The notes: generated by a model from the letters alone, not told the origin. Numbered from the stretch's first letter, positions 10,227 through 20,070 are shown. The stretch: 64,000 bases of DNA from a bacterium (GCA_963674595.2 CAXXFV010000023.1:886647-950646), one strand, 5' to 3'. A program made the numbers and translations.

Positions 10227-10886
10227 CTAAACCGTGAACCCACCAGAAACAATATTAAAAAAAGCGTTAAGCCTTTTTTCAGCTTCGTTCACACTATGCC
10301 ACTGCCCACTCTTCAGGGCAAGCGAAACAGCCTGCTGGGAGATGCCCAGGCATTCAGAAATCTCCCTCTGTTTATATCCCTGCCTGTACTTTTTAATGAT
10401 TCTCAATTGATGAAGGGACCATTCGTTTTTCCTGGCAATGAGTAAATTCAAGTATCCTTCCAGCAACAGGTCTCGCCCATCTTTGAAAACTGAAACATTA
10501 ACCGCCAGGTTCCTGCTTTTTTTCAAGGCAGCCATCTGGACTGCCGCGTTGTGAAACGCGGGACCGTCCATCAGTGATACATCCCCTTTATCCAGAGCCG
10601 TATCAATAATCCCCGAGGCAACAGCGAAACGAATTCGTACAGGTAGAAGCCCCTCTACTATCCCTGACAAAACCTGGTAAAAATTGGAATGGGGACTAAG
10701 TACAATCCCAATTTCGTCCTTTCCCTTTAATATCTTCATCCCCGCGAAAATTGAATCCCGGTACCGGGTGTTAATCTCATCGCACAAATTCATCATTCGA
10801 TCGTGGAATTCGGCCGGAGATGTAATTCTCCTGGAATCTATAACATCACCAATTATTACTGTCCAGGAATCATTAGCCGTGATCAT
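10227..10886 (-). CDS. SatD family protein with C-terminal HTH
   Basis: VIIGDVIDSR, KGKDEI, MDGPAFHNA, C-terminal QREISECLGISQQAVS HTH. Confidence 0.85.
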   Translation of the reverse strand: MITANDSWTVIIGDVIDSRRITSPAEFHDRMMNLCDEINTRYRDSIFAGMKILKGKDEIGIVLSPHSNFYQVLSGIVEGLLPVRIRFAVASGIIDTALDKGDVSLMDGPAFHNAAVQMAALKKSRNLAVNVSVFKDGRDLLLEGYLNLLIARKNEWSLHQLRIIKKYRQGYKQREISECLGISQQAVSLALKSGQWHSVNEAEKRLNAFFNIVSGGFTV

Positions 10887-11057
10887 GACCCAGCCCCCTA
10901 AGACCTCAGAAAATACAAACCTAAATTATTGTTTATTCATAAAACAATATAATAACATTGTTAATTTAAAAATCCAATATTTTTCTCCAAGGCCGGAATC
11001 AATGCCGACTGCTTCGCGGGCCTATCCCGTAAACAAACCGAAGAGCGGGATTACGGT

Positions 11058-11921
11058 TCAGATAAAAAAACTTTCCAGCTTCTTTTCAAACTCTTCAGGG
11101 CCTTCACAAAAAAAGCCATTCAACCGGGGATGTAAGGTCATCAGGTTCTGTCCCCGCAGCCGATTCACATGATCGCCCAGTGCCGATAAATCTTTTTTAC
11201 TGAAATTATATTCCGGCAGGCGCAGTTCCTCCATGAATACAGATAAATCATGATCGTTCCCCAACTGGTCATTGATCAAATCAAGCTGTTCGCTGTTTGT
11301 TTTAAAACATCCGGGATGCAAAAGCCACAGGAAATCAAGCTGGTAGTACAGGCGTTTCATAAGTTTTCGAAGCGAGTGTAACTTCTCCGCCTGCTTATCT
11401 GCCGGTAATTCCAGGAAGCGCGTATGGCTCTCCAGGTAATTACAGCCTATTTCGTGGATAATCATATCCAATGTAACTTCACAGGCACCGGCATCAATTA
11501 ATCCAGACTTCATTCCTGAAAAGCATTTACTGACAGATCCGTAAAGCTTTTCCGCATCAAAACTGCCGCTAATCAAACCCAGGTTCTTATGCCTCAGTTT
11601 TTTCCCGGTGCTCTTCATTTGTTTTTCAGAAACAAGCCCGCTTCCAGCCAGGTAATCTTCAAAAAGACCTACATTGACATATGACTCGCGCAGGGGAGAA
11701 AGTATTCGGCCGAACCGCTTGATATTCTTCCTGGCCTTGCCCTTTATTTTCCCGGCAATTTGCGGATAAAAACGAAGCAGCGCCCGTAAACGTTTGAATG
11801 ACTTGCGAAGTTCATGCACTGCCAGGTCTGGAGAAATACTTTCAGCGGTGCAATAGTATTCAACTTTTCCCAGCTGTCGAACAATTGCATCGGCTAATTT
11901 TGCACCAGCATCATATTCCAT
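11058..11921 (-). CDS. CHAD domain protein (polyphosphate-binding)
   Basis: VHELRKSFKRLRALL, LHSLRKLMKRLYYQ, LGNDHDL. Confidence 0.88.
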   Translation of the reverse strand: MEYDAGAKLADAIVRQLGKVEYYCTAESISPDLAVHELRKSFKRLRALLRFYPQIAGKIKGKARKNIKRFGRILSPLRESYVNVGLFEDYLAGSGLVSEKQMKSTGKKLRHKNLGLISGSFDAEKLYGSVSKCFSGMKSGLIDAGACEVTLDMIIHEIGCNYLESHTRFLELPADKQAEKLHSLRKLMKRLYYQLDFLWLLHPGCFKTNSEQLDLINDQLGNDHDLSVFMEELRLPEYNFSKKDLSALGDHVNRLRGQNLMTLHPRLNGFFCEGPEEFEKKLESFFI

Positions 11922-12110
11922 ATTAATAATCCCGGCAGTAAAATCTCCTTTGCCCGGCTTACTCCAGGCTCACAGCGATTTAAGAAGGCATCTCCTGGAG
12001 GACAGTTGATCTATCAGCTCATTCAGCCGCAGGCAAAACTTGTCCGTCCTTTCAGGTACTGTACCAAAATGAATCAGCCAAATGGCAGAGTTCAGTTTAT
12101 GCTTTCTTCC

Positions 12111-12323
12111 TCAAATTGCATAAGTCCTGAATACAATCTCTCCACTGTGTGAATTATGAACCGAAAAAGTTGACAGTTATTCCCCTTTCGACGAGAGATA
12201 CACCACCACCTTGATCGAATCCGGAAGATATCCCGGCTGCTTGATCCTGATCACTTCCACCGCATTCAGAGATGAAGCCAGCAAACCAAAAACCAGGGGA
12301 AACAGAAATTTTTCACTAAGCAT
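12111..12323 (-). pseudogene. Truncated remnant of a GH9-type cellulase N-terminus
   Basis: Signal peptide plus IRIKQPGYLPDSIKVVV (cf. IRxNQxGYLPxxxKxAV of the GH9 Ig-like domain); in-frame TAA at 12177-12179, then FSVHNSHSGEIVFR, then TGA. Confidence 0.55.
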
Positions 12324-12363
12324 AAGTGTACTTTTCCTGTTCATCCTCCCCGACTCAGGATCA

Positions 12364-13884
12364 CTATTCAATCCCGGTAAGGGCTTCAAATTCAACTTTT
12401 ATTTCTTCCAGCTTCTCCGGCATTTCTTCGGCCAGATTATTCTGCTGTCCCGGATCAGCATTGATATCGTAGAGCTGGTATTCCGGATACAGCCCTGTCT
12501 CGATATTCACATTAGTATTAACCGGATTGCCTTCATAGGGGGGAATCATCATGTAATCTCCGGAGCGGAAAGCAATTCTCCGGCTGGCTTCAAGCACCAG
12601 GCTGTCCCGCCCTTTTTCAGATTTCCCCAGGAAGGCATCCAGAATATCCTGGCTGTCAGGCCCTGTATTTTCAATCCCCAGATAAGCCGCCAGGGAAGCC
12701 ATCAAATCGATCTGGCAAACCAGGGCGTCTGAAATCCCGGGTTCAATCTGTCCGGGCCACCAGGTTACAAAAGGTACGTTAGTGCCGGCGTTAAAGAGGC
12801 TGTACTTTCCTCCCCTGTAGGGACCTGATGGAGTATGGTCGCCTACTTTCTCGACAGCGTCATCATAGTATCCGTCATTCAGGACAGGCCCGTTATCGCT
12901 TGAGAAAACAACAAGCGTGTTTTCATCCAGGTTCAGTTCTTTCAGCTTGGCCATAACCTGTCCGACACACCAGTCCGCTTCGGCTATGGCGTCACCACGC
13001 GGGCCCATACCGGTAGTGCCCGCAAACCTGGGATGGGGAGTTCGGGGCACATGGGGCTGCTGCAAGGCATAATAAAGGAAGAAGGTTTCATCCTTGTTTT
13101 CTTCAATATATTTCAGGGCCCGGTTCAGGAAATTATCAGCCATATCCTCATCAATCCACATGGCTGATTTGCCGCCCTTCTGGTATCCGATCCGGGGAAT
13201 GCCGTTCCACACGCTGTGGTTGTGGCCGTGATGCCAGCGCAACTTCAACATTTCCGGATTATCTTTCCCCGTGGGTTCCCCCTCAAAATTTTCCTTATAG
13301 CTGACAAAAAGAGGGTCATCAAGAGCCAGATTAGCCACTCTATGGTTCTCAACATAAACGGTGGGCACCCGGTCATTGGTGGCCGCCATTACATAGGAAT
13401 ATTCAAATCCCACAGCATTGGGGGTCAGCTCAATCGGCTTGTTCCAGTCCACCTGGCCATCTCCAATCCCCAGGTGCCATTTCCCTATAACCGCGGTTTT
13501 GTATCCATTTTCCGCCAGCATCTTCGGCAGTGTCGGCTGCTGGGGATCGATCAGCAGCGGCGCGTCTCCCGCCAGGATCGCGGCTCTCTGGTTGCGCCAG
13601 GGATATTGTCCTGTCAGCATCGCGTAACGACTGGGTGTGCAGGTCGCGGAAGTACAGTACCCACTTGTAAACCTCAGGCCTTCTGCGGCCAGATGGTCTA
13701 TGTTGGGAGTCTGCAAAGTACCTGTGCCATAGGCGCTCACATCACCGTATCCCAGGTCATCCATGTAAATAATCACCAGGTTGGGATTTGCCGGGACTGC
13801 CGGAGCCGCAGGTCCCGAACATCCAGCCAATAACAGGGCAAACAATAATAGAATAGTGCAGCTGAGGATATGATTTCTTTTCAT
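12364..13884 (-). CDS. Arylsulfatase (formylglycine-dependent, Cys-type), lipoprotein
   Basis: Lipobox LLAGC; DDLGYGD; CTPSR..LTG; GKWHLG; SSDNG. Confidence 0.95.
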   Translation of the reverse strand: MKRNHILSCTILLLFALLLAGCSGPAAPAVPANPNLVIIYMDDLGYGDVSAYGTGTLQTPNIDHLAAEGLRFTSGYCTSATCTPSRYAMLTGQYPWRNQRAAILAGDAPLLIDPQQPTLPKMLAENGYKTAVIGKWHLGIGDGQVDWNKPIELTPNAVGFEYSYVMAATNDRVPTVYVENHRVANLALDDPLFVSYKENFEGEPTGKDNPEMLKLRWHHGHNHSVWNGIPRIGYQKGGKSAMWIDEDMADNFLNRALKYIEENKDETFFLYYALQQPHVPRTPHPRFAGTTGMGPRGDAIAEADWCVGQVMAKLKELNLDENTLVVFSSDNGPVLNDGYYDDAVEKVGDHTPSGPYRGGKYSLFNAGTNVPFVTWWPGQIEPGISDALVCQIDLMASLAAYLGIENTGPDSQDILDAFLGKSEKGRDSLVLEASRRIAFRSGDYMMIPPYEGNPVNTNVNIETGLYPEYQLYDINADPGQQNNLAEEMPEKLEEIKVEFEALTGIE

Positions 13885-14031
13885 ACCCTAATAGTAATAG
13901 CAGTTGCCTATCCCGGCAAGGGTTGTATGAAACCGGATCAGGCCGGATTGACGTAATACTGTAGATTATGCGCGATCGGTGATGGGTGAAGGAATGGGTT
14001 AAATACGAGTCCAGCCGTCGAATTGTGCGAA

Positions 14032-14816
14032 TCATGCAGGAAAGAAACTTTGGGAAGTGAAAAAGTCGGGACCAGGGATATTTACGCGCCCAGGGGCCGA
14101 TTTTGACTATCTTCATCATTTGGATTTCGGACCCGGCGTATAACGCCGGAGGCGTGTCCGCTAATAGCCCCAGTTGACGACGAACCGAAGGTTCGGAGGA
14201 GCCTGGGGTATGGAGATACCTCCCAACCTTTTCCAGCTCTGGAAGAGCGACATAATTCTCCGAAATATCGTTATTTCCTCACCTCATACGTTGTTGAGTA
14301 AGAGGGGATCAATGACTCAGTCTTTTACGCAGAATCTACAACACGTAATTTTCAGTACAAAATCCAGAGATAACTGGATCGATACATCATGGGAGAAAGA
14401 CCTTTATTCCTATATTGGAGGCATCTTGAAAAGGATCGACTGTAAATTACTTACTGCCGGAGGTATACCTGATCATATCCATTTATTGACATCAATTAGC
14501 AAAAACCTGACTATCCCTGAAGTTGTCAGGAAAATTAAATCATCGTCAACAAACTGGGTGAGGAAAAATATCCGGAATAAAAGAGGCTTCGCCTGGCAGA
14601 ATGGTTATGCGGCATTTTCGGTTAGCAATTCAAAGGTCGATCAGGCGCAAAACTACATCACGAATCAGCGCTATCATCACAAAAAGATAAATTTTGAGGA
14701 AGAATTAAAACAATTTCTCGATAAACACAGAATTCCATATGATGAGAGATACTTGAAGGGCTGATATTGCTGGCTCTTCTGCCGCCCTTCCAGGGCTTGG
14801 GTTGTGTTGTTATGAA
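14032..14816 (+). mobile_element. IS200/IS605-type (RAYT-like) element, copy 1, with hairpin-rich flanks
   Basis: Near-identical to the reverse complement of 31806-32588; left flank has ACGCC-GGA-GGCGT, GAACC-GAA-GGTTC and GCTCT-GGA-AGAGC hairpins; right flank truncated after GCCCT-TCC-AGGGC. Confidence 0.85.
14312..14764 (+). CDS. tnpA: IS200/IS605 family Y1 (HUH) transposase
   Basis: HVIFSTK, DHIH (HUH), FAWQNGY, NYITNQ (catalytic Tyr); GAGGGG RBS before ATG 14312. Confidence 0.93.
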   Translation: MTQSFTQNLQHVIFSTKSRDNWIDTSWEKDLYSYIGGILKRIDCKLLTAGGIPDHIHLLTSISKNLTIPEVVRKIKSSSTNWVRKNIRNKRGFAWQNGYAAFSVSNSKVDQAQNYITNQRYHHKKINFEEELKQFLDKHRIPYDERYLKG

Positions 14817-14880
14817 ATGCGAGATCATAAAAGGAACTGTGGCAATTTATCACCACGCCGAACATCTCACATTTTGTATC

Positions 14881-14908
14881 TCACTCCTTACTCATCACTC
14901 CTCACTTC
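14881..14908. repeat. Short heptamer tandem repeat
   Basis: TCACTCC TTACTCA TCACTCC TCACTTC. Confidence 0.55.
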
Positions 14909-14933
14909 TGAATTCATAACGATTGAACCGGAG

Positions 14934-15713
14934 TCAGGCCTTCACTGCCACGGATATCATGCGGTTATTCATGAATCCATAATCACCCTTCAAATGGTGA
15001 GCAGAAAAATTCTTGAGGATGCTGATATCCGCAAATTCCGACCGAGAAACCAGATCTCGAAGGCTGTTCTCATCGTAGAGCCTTATTGAATAGCTTTCGT
15101 CCCGCACCAGGCCTTTTCCTTTGCTCATTACCATTTCCCTGGTGTTGAGAGAATCCTCCTTCATTTCCCGCTGCCGGCAGACTACGATATCATCACCGGT
15201 TTCATGCCAGGATGTGGGACTGAAAGTATCCCTTACGAAGTCCCCGTCAGCGACGTCTATAAGCAGCCTTCCGCCCGGAACAAGTACCCGCCTGGCCTCA
15301 TTGACGATCAAGCTGTCTGCTTCAGCATCGCTGATATATCCCAGCGAGTTCCCCAGAATACAGACAACATCAAAACTCTCTTCCGGCAAGCCGGTATCCC
15401 GGGCGTCGCCCTGGATCACCCTGATCCTGATGTCGTTTTTCTTCGCCCTGCCGCGGGCCTTTTCAACCAGGGTATGGGAATAGTCAAAAAGGGTACAGTT
15501 CTCAAATCCCCGGGAACAAAATTCAAATGTATGCCGGCCCTGCCCCCCGCACAGGTCAAGAATTCGGTGCTGGGAATTCAACGACAGCAATTCGCAGATC
15601 AAATCCACTTCCCGCCTGGTAATACTTTCATCACCGACTGAGCGGGAATCGGTTATTAGATAAATATCGTCAAACAGGGTTTTCCACCAGTCTTTTTTGA
15701 CGTCAATACTCAT
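14934..15713 (-). CDS. Class I SAM-dependent methyltransferase
   Basis: Start moved to ATG 15713, 1 nt after the upstream stop; ILDLCGGQGRH motif I; QGDAR; FDVVCILGNSLGY; VLVPGGRLLID. Confidence 0.92.
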   Translation of the reverse strand: MSIDVKKDWWKTLFDDIYLITDSRSVGDESITRREVDLICELLSLNSQHRILDLCGGQGRHTFEFCSRGFENCTLFDYSHTLVEKARGRAKKNDIRIRVIQGDARDTGLPEESFDVVCILGNSLGYISDAEADSLIVNEARRVLVPGGRLLIDVADGDFVRDTFSPTSWHETGDDIVVCRQREMKEDSLNTREMVMSKGKGLVRDESYSIRLYDENSLRDLVSRSEFADISILKNFSAHHLKGDYGFMNNRMISVAVKA

Positions 15714-15714
15714 A

Positions 15715-17127
15715 TCAAACCAGCTCCGATCCAAACCCGAACAAACCATCAGAGGCAATAATGGCATGGGAGCCCCCCCAGGGATTCATTCTGGCGATTT
15801 CCAGTTCCTCTTCTTCGATCCGGACAACAGCATCCAGTTCACCTGAAAGCCACATTCGTTCCAGGGTCAGGCAGTCAGACCACATTTTCCCGCAGTATTT
15901 CTCAAGGGCTTTAATCTGTTTCAAGGTTATAAGCCTGGGCCTCAGGGCCAGCCGGATAGGCCCCAGCAGATAGGTAAATTCATGCTCCAGGGCCATTGCC
16001 TCCTGGAGCCTGACCGCATCGGTGATTTCATCAATGCCAGCTGACATGATCACATCATTAATCCTTTTTGCTGCTTCACCTACGGGCATGTCAGATTCCA
16101 GTACGGCCAGGGGTTGAACTCCTCCTCCGCTGCCTACATTGGTTGGGACTCCCCCGAAGCGTCCCATAAAACCGAACAGTCCGTCCGGCCCGGTAAGGCA
16201 CCGGAAATCAGTCTGCACCTTTTCGATCAGCAGCCCCTTCTCATTCAGTGCGGGGATCTCCTCGGCCCACAAATCAAGAGGAACCTTTTCCTGGACAATG
16301 TAATCTTCACTCCCCAGGGCCAGTCCCACCGCCTCGTCCGCGCTGGTATTCACGCCCCCTACCCGGACTCCACGACCGGAATATCCTCTCTCCGGCTTCA
16401 ATACCAGCCTGTCCCAATTGGACCTGGTCCATTCAACCAGGTCATCAATGGTATCGCCTGAAGGACTTTCAGTGCGCCGAGGATAAAACTGCCTGGTCCA
16501 GGGAGTCCGCTCAACAATTTCTTTATGAAAATTCTGCCGATGGCTGCCGGTGATAATTTCATACATGCTTTTTACATTTATCGGCTCTGTTCCCCGGGGA
16601 TTTATAATCCGGCCCTCTTTTACTGCCTGCAGGACCGGCTCAAGCCCATGTTTTCGGTGCAGAGATATCAGCACATCAGTGTTGAAATCCATAAAAATCG
16701 TTGAGACAGGATTCCCTTGCCAGCATACTTTTCCCCTGGATATTTCCAGTTCCTGCGGAGCCATAAGCCTGCCCGAAATCCCCTCTATCGAGTCAAGATG
16801 CCTGGCCAGGTTTTTATTCTCCGTCACATCTTCCAGAGTTTCTTCCTCAGCGATAACAACAATCAGTCCAGGATTGGAACCCTCGCGGCCGCGGTGGGCG
16901 TCTACAAGCATTTCAACAAAGCCGTTGACCGGGAAAAGCCTGGGGTGGTTAAAATCAAGATTGATCCCTGATGGGCAGCACTTCTCAATTCTCTCCCACA
17001 CAGCTTTCCCAATTATCTGGGTTATTCTCTGGTAATCCCAGCCTCCCGGGCTTCCCAAATTCCATTCAGAGTGATATCCGTTGAATTCTTTCAATTTAAC
17101 AAGTACCTTATTTGTCAGTTTTCTCAA
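15715..17127 (-). CDS. ATP-grasp amide/peptide ligase of the circularly permuted (CP_ATPgrasp_2 / glutathionylspermidine synthase-like) type, with rearranged segment order
   Basis: EWNLGSPGG, PWTR, LVLKPERGYSGRGVRVG, YIVQEKVP, NVGSGGG; TTG start overlaps the end of the DUF885 gene. Confidence 0.75.
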   Translation of the reverse strand: MRKLTNKVLVKLKEFNGYHSEWNLGSPGGWDYQRITQIIGKAVWERIEKCCPSGINLDFNHPRLFPVNGFVEMLVDAHRGREGSNPGLIVVIAEEETLEDVTENKNLARHLDSIEGISGRLMAPQELEISRGKVCWQGNPVSTIFMDFNTDVLISLHRKHGLEPVLQAVKEGRIINPRGTEPINVKSMYEIITGSHRQNFHKEIVERTPWTRQFYPRRTESPSGDTIDDLVEWTRSNWDRLVLKPERGYSGRGVRVGGVNTSADEAVGLALGSEDYIVQEKVPLDLWAEEIPALNEKGLLIEKVQTDFRCLTGPDGLFGFMGRFGGVPTNVGSGGGVQPLAVLESDMPVGEAAKRINDVIMSAGIDEITDAVRLQEAMALEHEFTYLLGPIRLALRPRLITLKQIKALEKYCGKMWSDCLTLERMWLSGELDAVVRIEEEELEIARMNPWGGSHAIIASDGLFGFGSELV

Positions 17128-18748
17128 TAGCCCTTAAACGCTGTTCGATCCGGCTGAAAGGAATCTCGCCTCCATCCAGCAGATGTTCATGAAACCTCCC
17201 CAATCCCAGCCCGAATCCAAACTTATTCCTCAATTCCCTGATTTCATAGCTGCCCAGGCAGTAGCAGAGCTGATAGCCGGGATTCAGGCGGAACCTGTCA
17301 ATCTGGACCAATGCTTCCCGTTCAGTAAAGCCCACTTTCTGAAGAAGTTCAGTGGATCCCCCCCTGTCCAGTTTACCGGTCGCTGTCCCAACATCAATCT
17401 GGCAGCGGGCCGCTCTCCAGAGCCGCCTCCTGAAATCGATTAACCTGTCTTCCGGCTCTATAACATATTCATAATCTGACAAAAGGGTTTCAGCATATGA
17501 AGCCCAACCTTCATAAAACAAGGGAGATTCAATCTGCCTCCTCACTGGATTCTCCAGTCTCCGGCGTTTTCTATCCAGGAGATAATGCCCCGGAATGGTC
17601 TCATGGGCTGTAAGAAACCGGAATTCTCTGTGCAGTCTCCGGGCATACCGCTCCCCCTCAGACCCATCCCCGCCGGATCTCCCGGTTGTTATATGAAAGT
17701 AATCAGTTTCACCCTTTCCATCAGCCAGGGAGGCGGCAAAGGAGGCTGAGCCGCGGACTGATCTGAGATAGGCAGGTGTTTCGGTTACGCGCAAAGCAGA
17801 ATATTGGCTGCTGTCAGCCAGGCCCTGCTGCCTGAAAAAAACCTCTATCCTTTCAGCCTCGCTGCTGTACCGGGAAATAATCCCTTCATTTCCCGGGTTA
17901 TCCGGGACTATTTTTTCGTAGACTTCCTGCCAGGGAAGATCCGGTTCTATTTCTTTTCCCACGGCTTCAAGGTTTTCCAGGTTTTCATTCCAGTCATCCA
18001 GGCCGATCTGGAAAATCTCATCAAGGGACCTCCCACACTTGAAGTGATCCCTCAGGGAGGACTCAATTGTATCTGTGAAAAAATGATCGTCAGGACATGG
18101 TTTCACAGATAATAAAAACTTTCTGAATTCCTCGACAACTCCGGTCGCCCTTTTTGACCAGGCCCCTGGCCTGGATCCCTGACTCATTTCAAGACCCGCC
18201 AGTGCCGCGCTGCTTTCAAGATATCGCTTACAGTCAGCAATCATCGAAACTGCGTACCCATAATAAGACTCCGGGACCGTGACCAGGTTCTCAATGCCCT
18301 GGTTTAGAAGGGTCGGAATCGCATCGAGCCTGCTCAAGACACGTTCAACAAGTTCTTTCGATGATTCCGCCGGTTTATTAAGAGCATGGTCCAGGCCTAT
18401 AAAAACTATTTTCAGGTACAAAAGGGGGTTGTTTCGATAGGATTCCCTGGCTTCAAACTCCACAAGGAAACCATCAATATTGGCAATAAGCATTTCCAGG
18501 TCTATCCGCTCTTCAAGGCCCAGGCCCTCCCGGGATCCAATAGCTGAAAAACCGGCCCGGAAATGCTTCAGTTCATCAATGGCATCCTTGATTGAACCGG
18601 CATCAAGGATATCCAGCCTATCGTAGTATTTCGCGGCGTCCCAGGCCCTGGGAAGGAAGTGAAATTCATCGCTGGCGCACATCACCGGAAATCTCTTGGC
18701 TACGAACGCAAAATACTGCTCTGCGAGCTTGTTCAACATTAGACTCAC
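17108..18748 (-). CDS. DUF885 family protein (metallopeptidase-like)
   Basis: AHETIPGH, FYEGWASYAE, LWRAAR..DVG, PGYQLCY..G, FHEHLL..G.IP; no signal peptide. Confidence 0.88.
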   Translation of the reverse strand: MSLMLNKLAEQYFAFVAKRFPVMCASDEFHFLPRAWDAAKYYDRLDILDAGSIKDAIDELKHFRAGFSAIGSREGLGLEERIDLEMLIANIDGFLVEFEARESYRNNPLLYLKIVFIGLDHALNKPAESSKELVERVLSRLDAIPTLLNQGIENLVTVPESYYGYAVSMIADCKRYLESSAALAGLEMSQGSRPGAWSKRATGVVEEFRKFLLSVKPCPDDHFFTDTIESSLRDHFKCGRSLDEIFQIGLDDWNENLENLEAVGKEIEPDLPWQEVYEKIVPDNPGNEGIISRYSSEAERIEVFFRQQGLADSSQYSALRVTETPAYLRSVRGSASFAASLADGKGETDYFHITTGRSGGDGSEGERYARRLHREFRFLTAHETIPGHYLLDRKRRRLENPVRRQIESPLFYEGWASYAETLLSDYEYVIEPEDRLIDFRRRLWRAARCQIDVGTATGKLDRGGSTELLQKVGFTEREALVQIDRFRLNPGYQLCYCLGSYEIRELRNKFGFGLGLGRFHEHLLDGGEIPFSRIEQRLRAIEKTDK

Positions 18749-18836
18749 CGGCTCCGGAAATTACTTCAGGATTGACAACCCATTAATTATTGAACCATAA
18801 AACCATAAAGGAATCAGTAATTTCCGACGAAACCAA

Positions 18837-19820
18837 TCAATAATACTGCCGGTGGCAGCATCGGTAGCAAACCGGATGGGAAATGCCGTTTCTCTGGATG
18901 TTCTGCCTGAATTTCCTTTGCGCCTTGCTGTTCCATATCCTGTTGAGCTTTTCATTTTTGGCGTTGCCGATAACCGCTTCAATCTCTTCACAGGCTATGA
19001 CATCCCCATTGGGCTGAATAAAAAGCACCAGCCACGGCAAGACACATTTATTCCGGTTCAGGGGGAATTCAGGATTGAGGTAGTAGTCCTCGATATCCTT
19101 TATTTTGATATCGGGGAAAAAAAGCACAGGCTTACGCAACTTGCCCTGTTTTAGTTCTGTCACCTGTTTCTTCAGGAGTACCGGATCAATTCCAGGGTCC
19201 CTGTCCTTTGTGAAGATAGCATGCTGAAGGGTGATACAGCGGGCATGACTTCCCTGAAATCTTTCAACTATTTCTATCAGGCTCCCCTGGTTTTCAGTGT
19301 TAATGGGGCAAGCCAGGTTTATATACATCCTGTTATCCCGGTCGAGATCTCTAAAGAGATCCAGGGCGGAAACCTGCTCCTCGAAATTCATGGTGTTCAG
19401 GGACATGTTGATTTCCATCCGGGCGCCGCTGTCGACAAGAGGTTCAACAAGATCCTTCAGGCCGACACCATTGGTGGTCATGGAAAGCCGGTATCCTTCA
19501 CCGGAGAGATATCTCACAATCTCAAAAAAATCACTGTTGATTGTAGGCTCACCGCCAAAAAGGTGTATCCGGGGTTTTCGCCAGAAAGAACGCCTGATAT
19601 TTTTCTCAATCAGCTTTATATCCTCTAGGGTCATATCAGGATGGGTGCTTCTCCGGTCTCGAGACTGGAAACAAAACGGGCAGCTGAGGTTACACCGGTA
19701 GGTTAGGATCATAAAAACGGCCAGGGGTGGAATCGGACTGTATCCGCCAAACAGCCTCACCACATCAAGCAGCTTCCCGGCGCGCGTATTAATAAAATTC
19801 TGCTGTTCTTTCAAGTTCAT
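18837..19820 (-). CDS. Radical SAM protein with SPASM/twitch domain
   Basis: CNLSCPFC; FGGEP; TTNG; C-terminal CVLPW...GDVIAC...GN...IWN...CYRCC. Confidence 0.92.
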   Translation of the reverse strand: MNLKEQQNFINTRAGKLLDVVRLFGGYSPIPPLAVFMILTYRCNLSCPFCFQSRDRRSTHPDMTLEDIKLIEKNIRRSFWRKPRIHLFGGEPTINSDFFEIVRYLSGEGYRLSMTTNGVGLKDLVEPLVDSGARMEINMSLNTMNFEEQVSALDLFRDLDRDNRMYINLACPINTENQGSLIEIVERFQGSHARCITLQHAIFTKDRDPGIDPVLLKKQVTELKQGKLRKPVLFFPDIKIKDIEDYYLNPEFPLNRNKCVLPWLVLFIQPNGDVIACEEIEAVIGNAKNEKLNRIWNSKAQRKFRQNIQRNGISHPVCYRCCHRQYY

Positions 19821-20070
19821 AGTATTCCAACAGATCCCAATGATAAGGCAGGCAAGAGATGGTTAAAACCCTTTACCTAATTATTTCAGGTCTGGTTTCT
19901 GTAAAGGATCAGATAGGATAGCAGCCAGTAAGCGGATTCTTGCATGTCAAACAACTGACATTCTGACATTTACCATCCAGCACGGCTGATCATCGATAGA
20001 TTCCCCGAAAAGAGAATCGAAATGGTTGGAAAAATCCTTATTGCGCTTTTTGCTCCCCGGACCAGGAGAA

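Noticed and set aside
14174-14311. N-terminal extensions of both tnpA ORFs (also 32310-32447)
   Set aside because: They translate the hairpin flank; the RBS and family start point to ATG 14312 and 32309
14765-14934. tnpB/IscB or omega-RNA downstream of tnpA
   Set aside because: No RuvC-type ORF follows either copy
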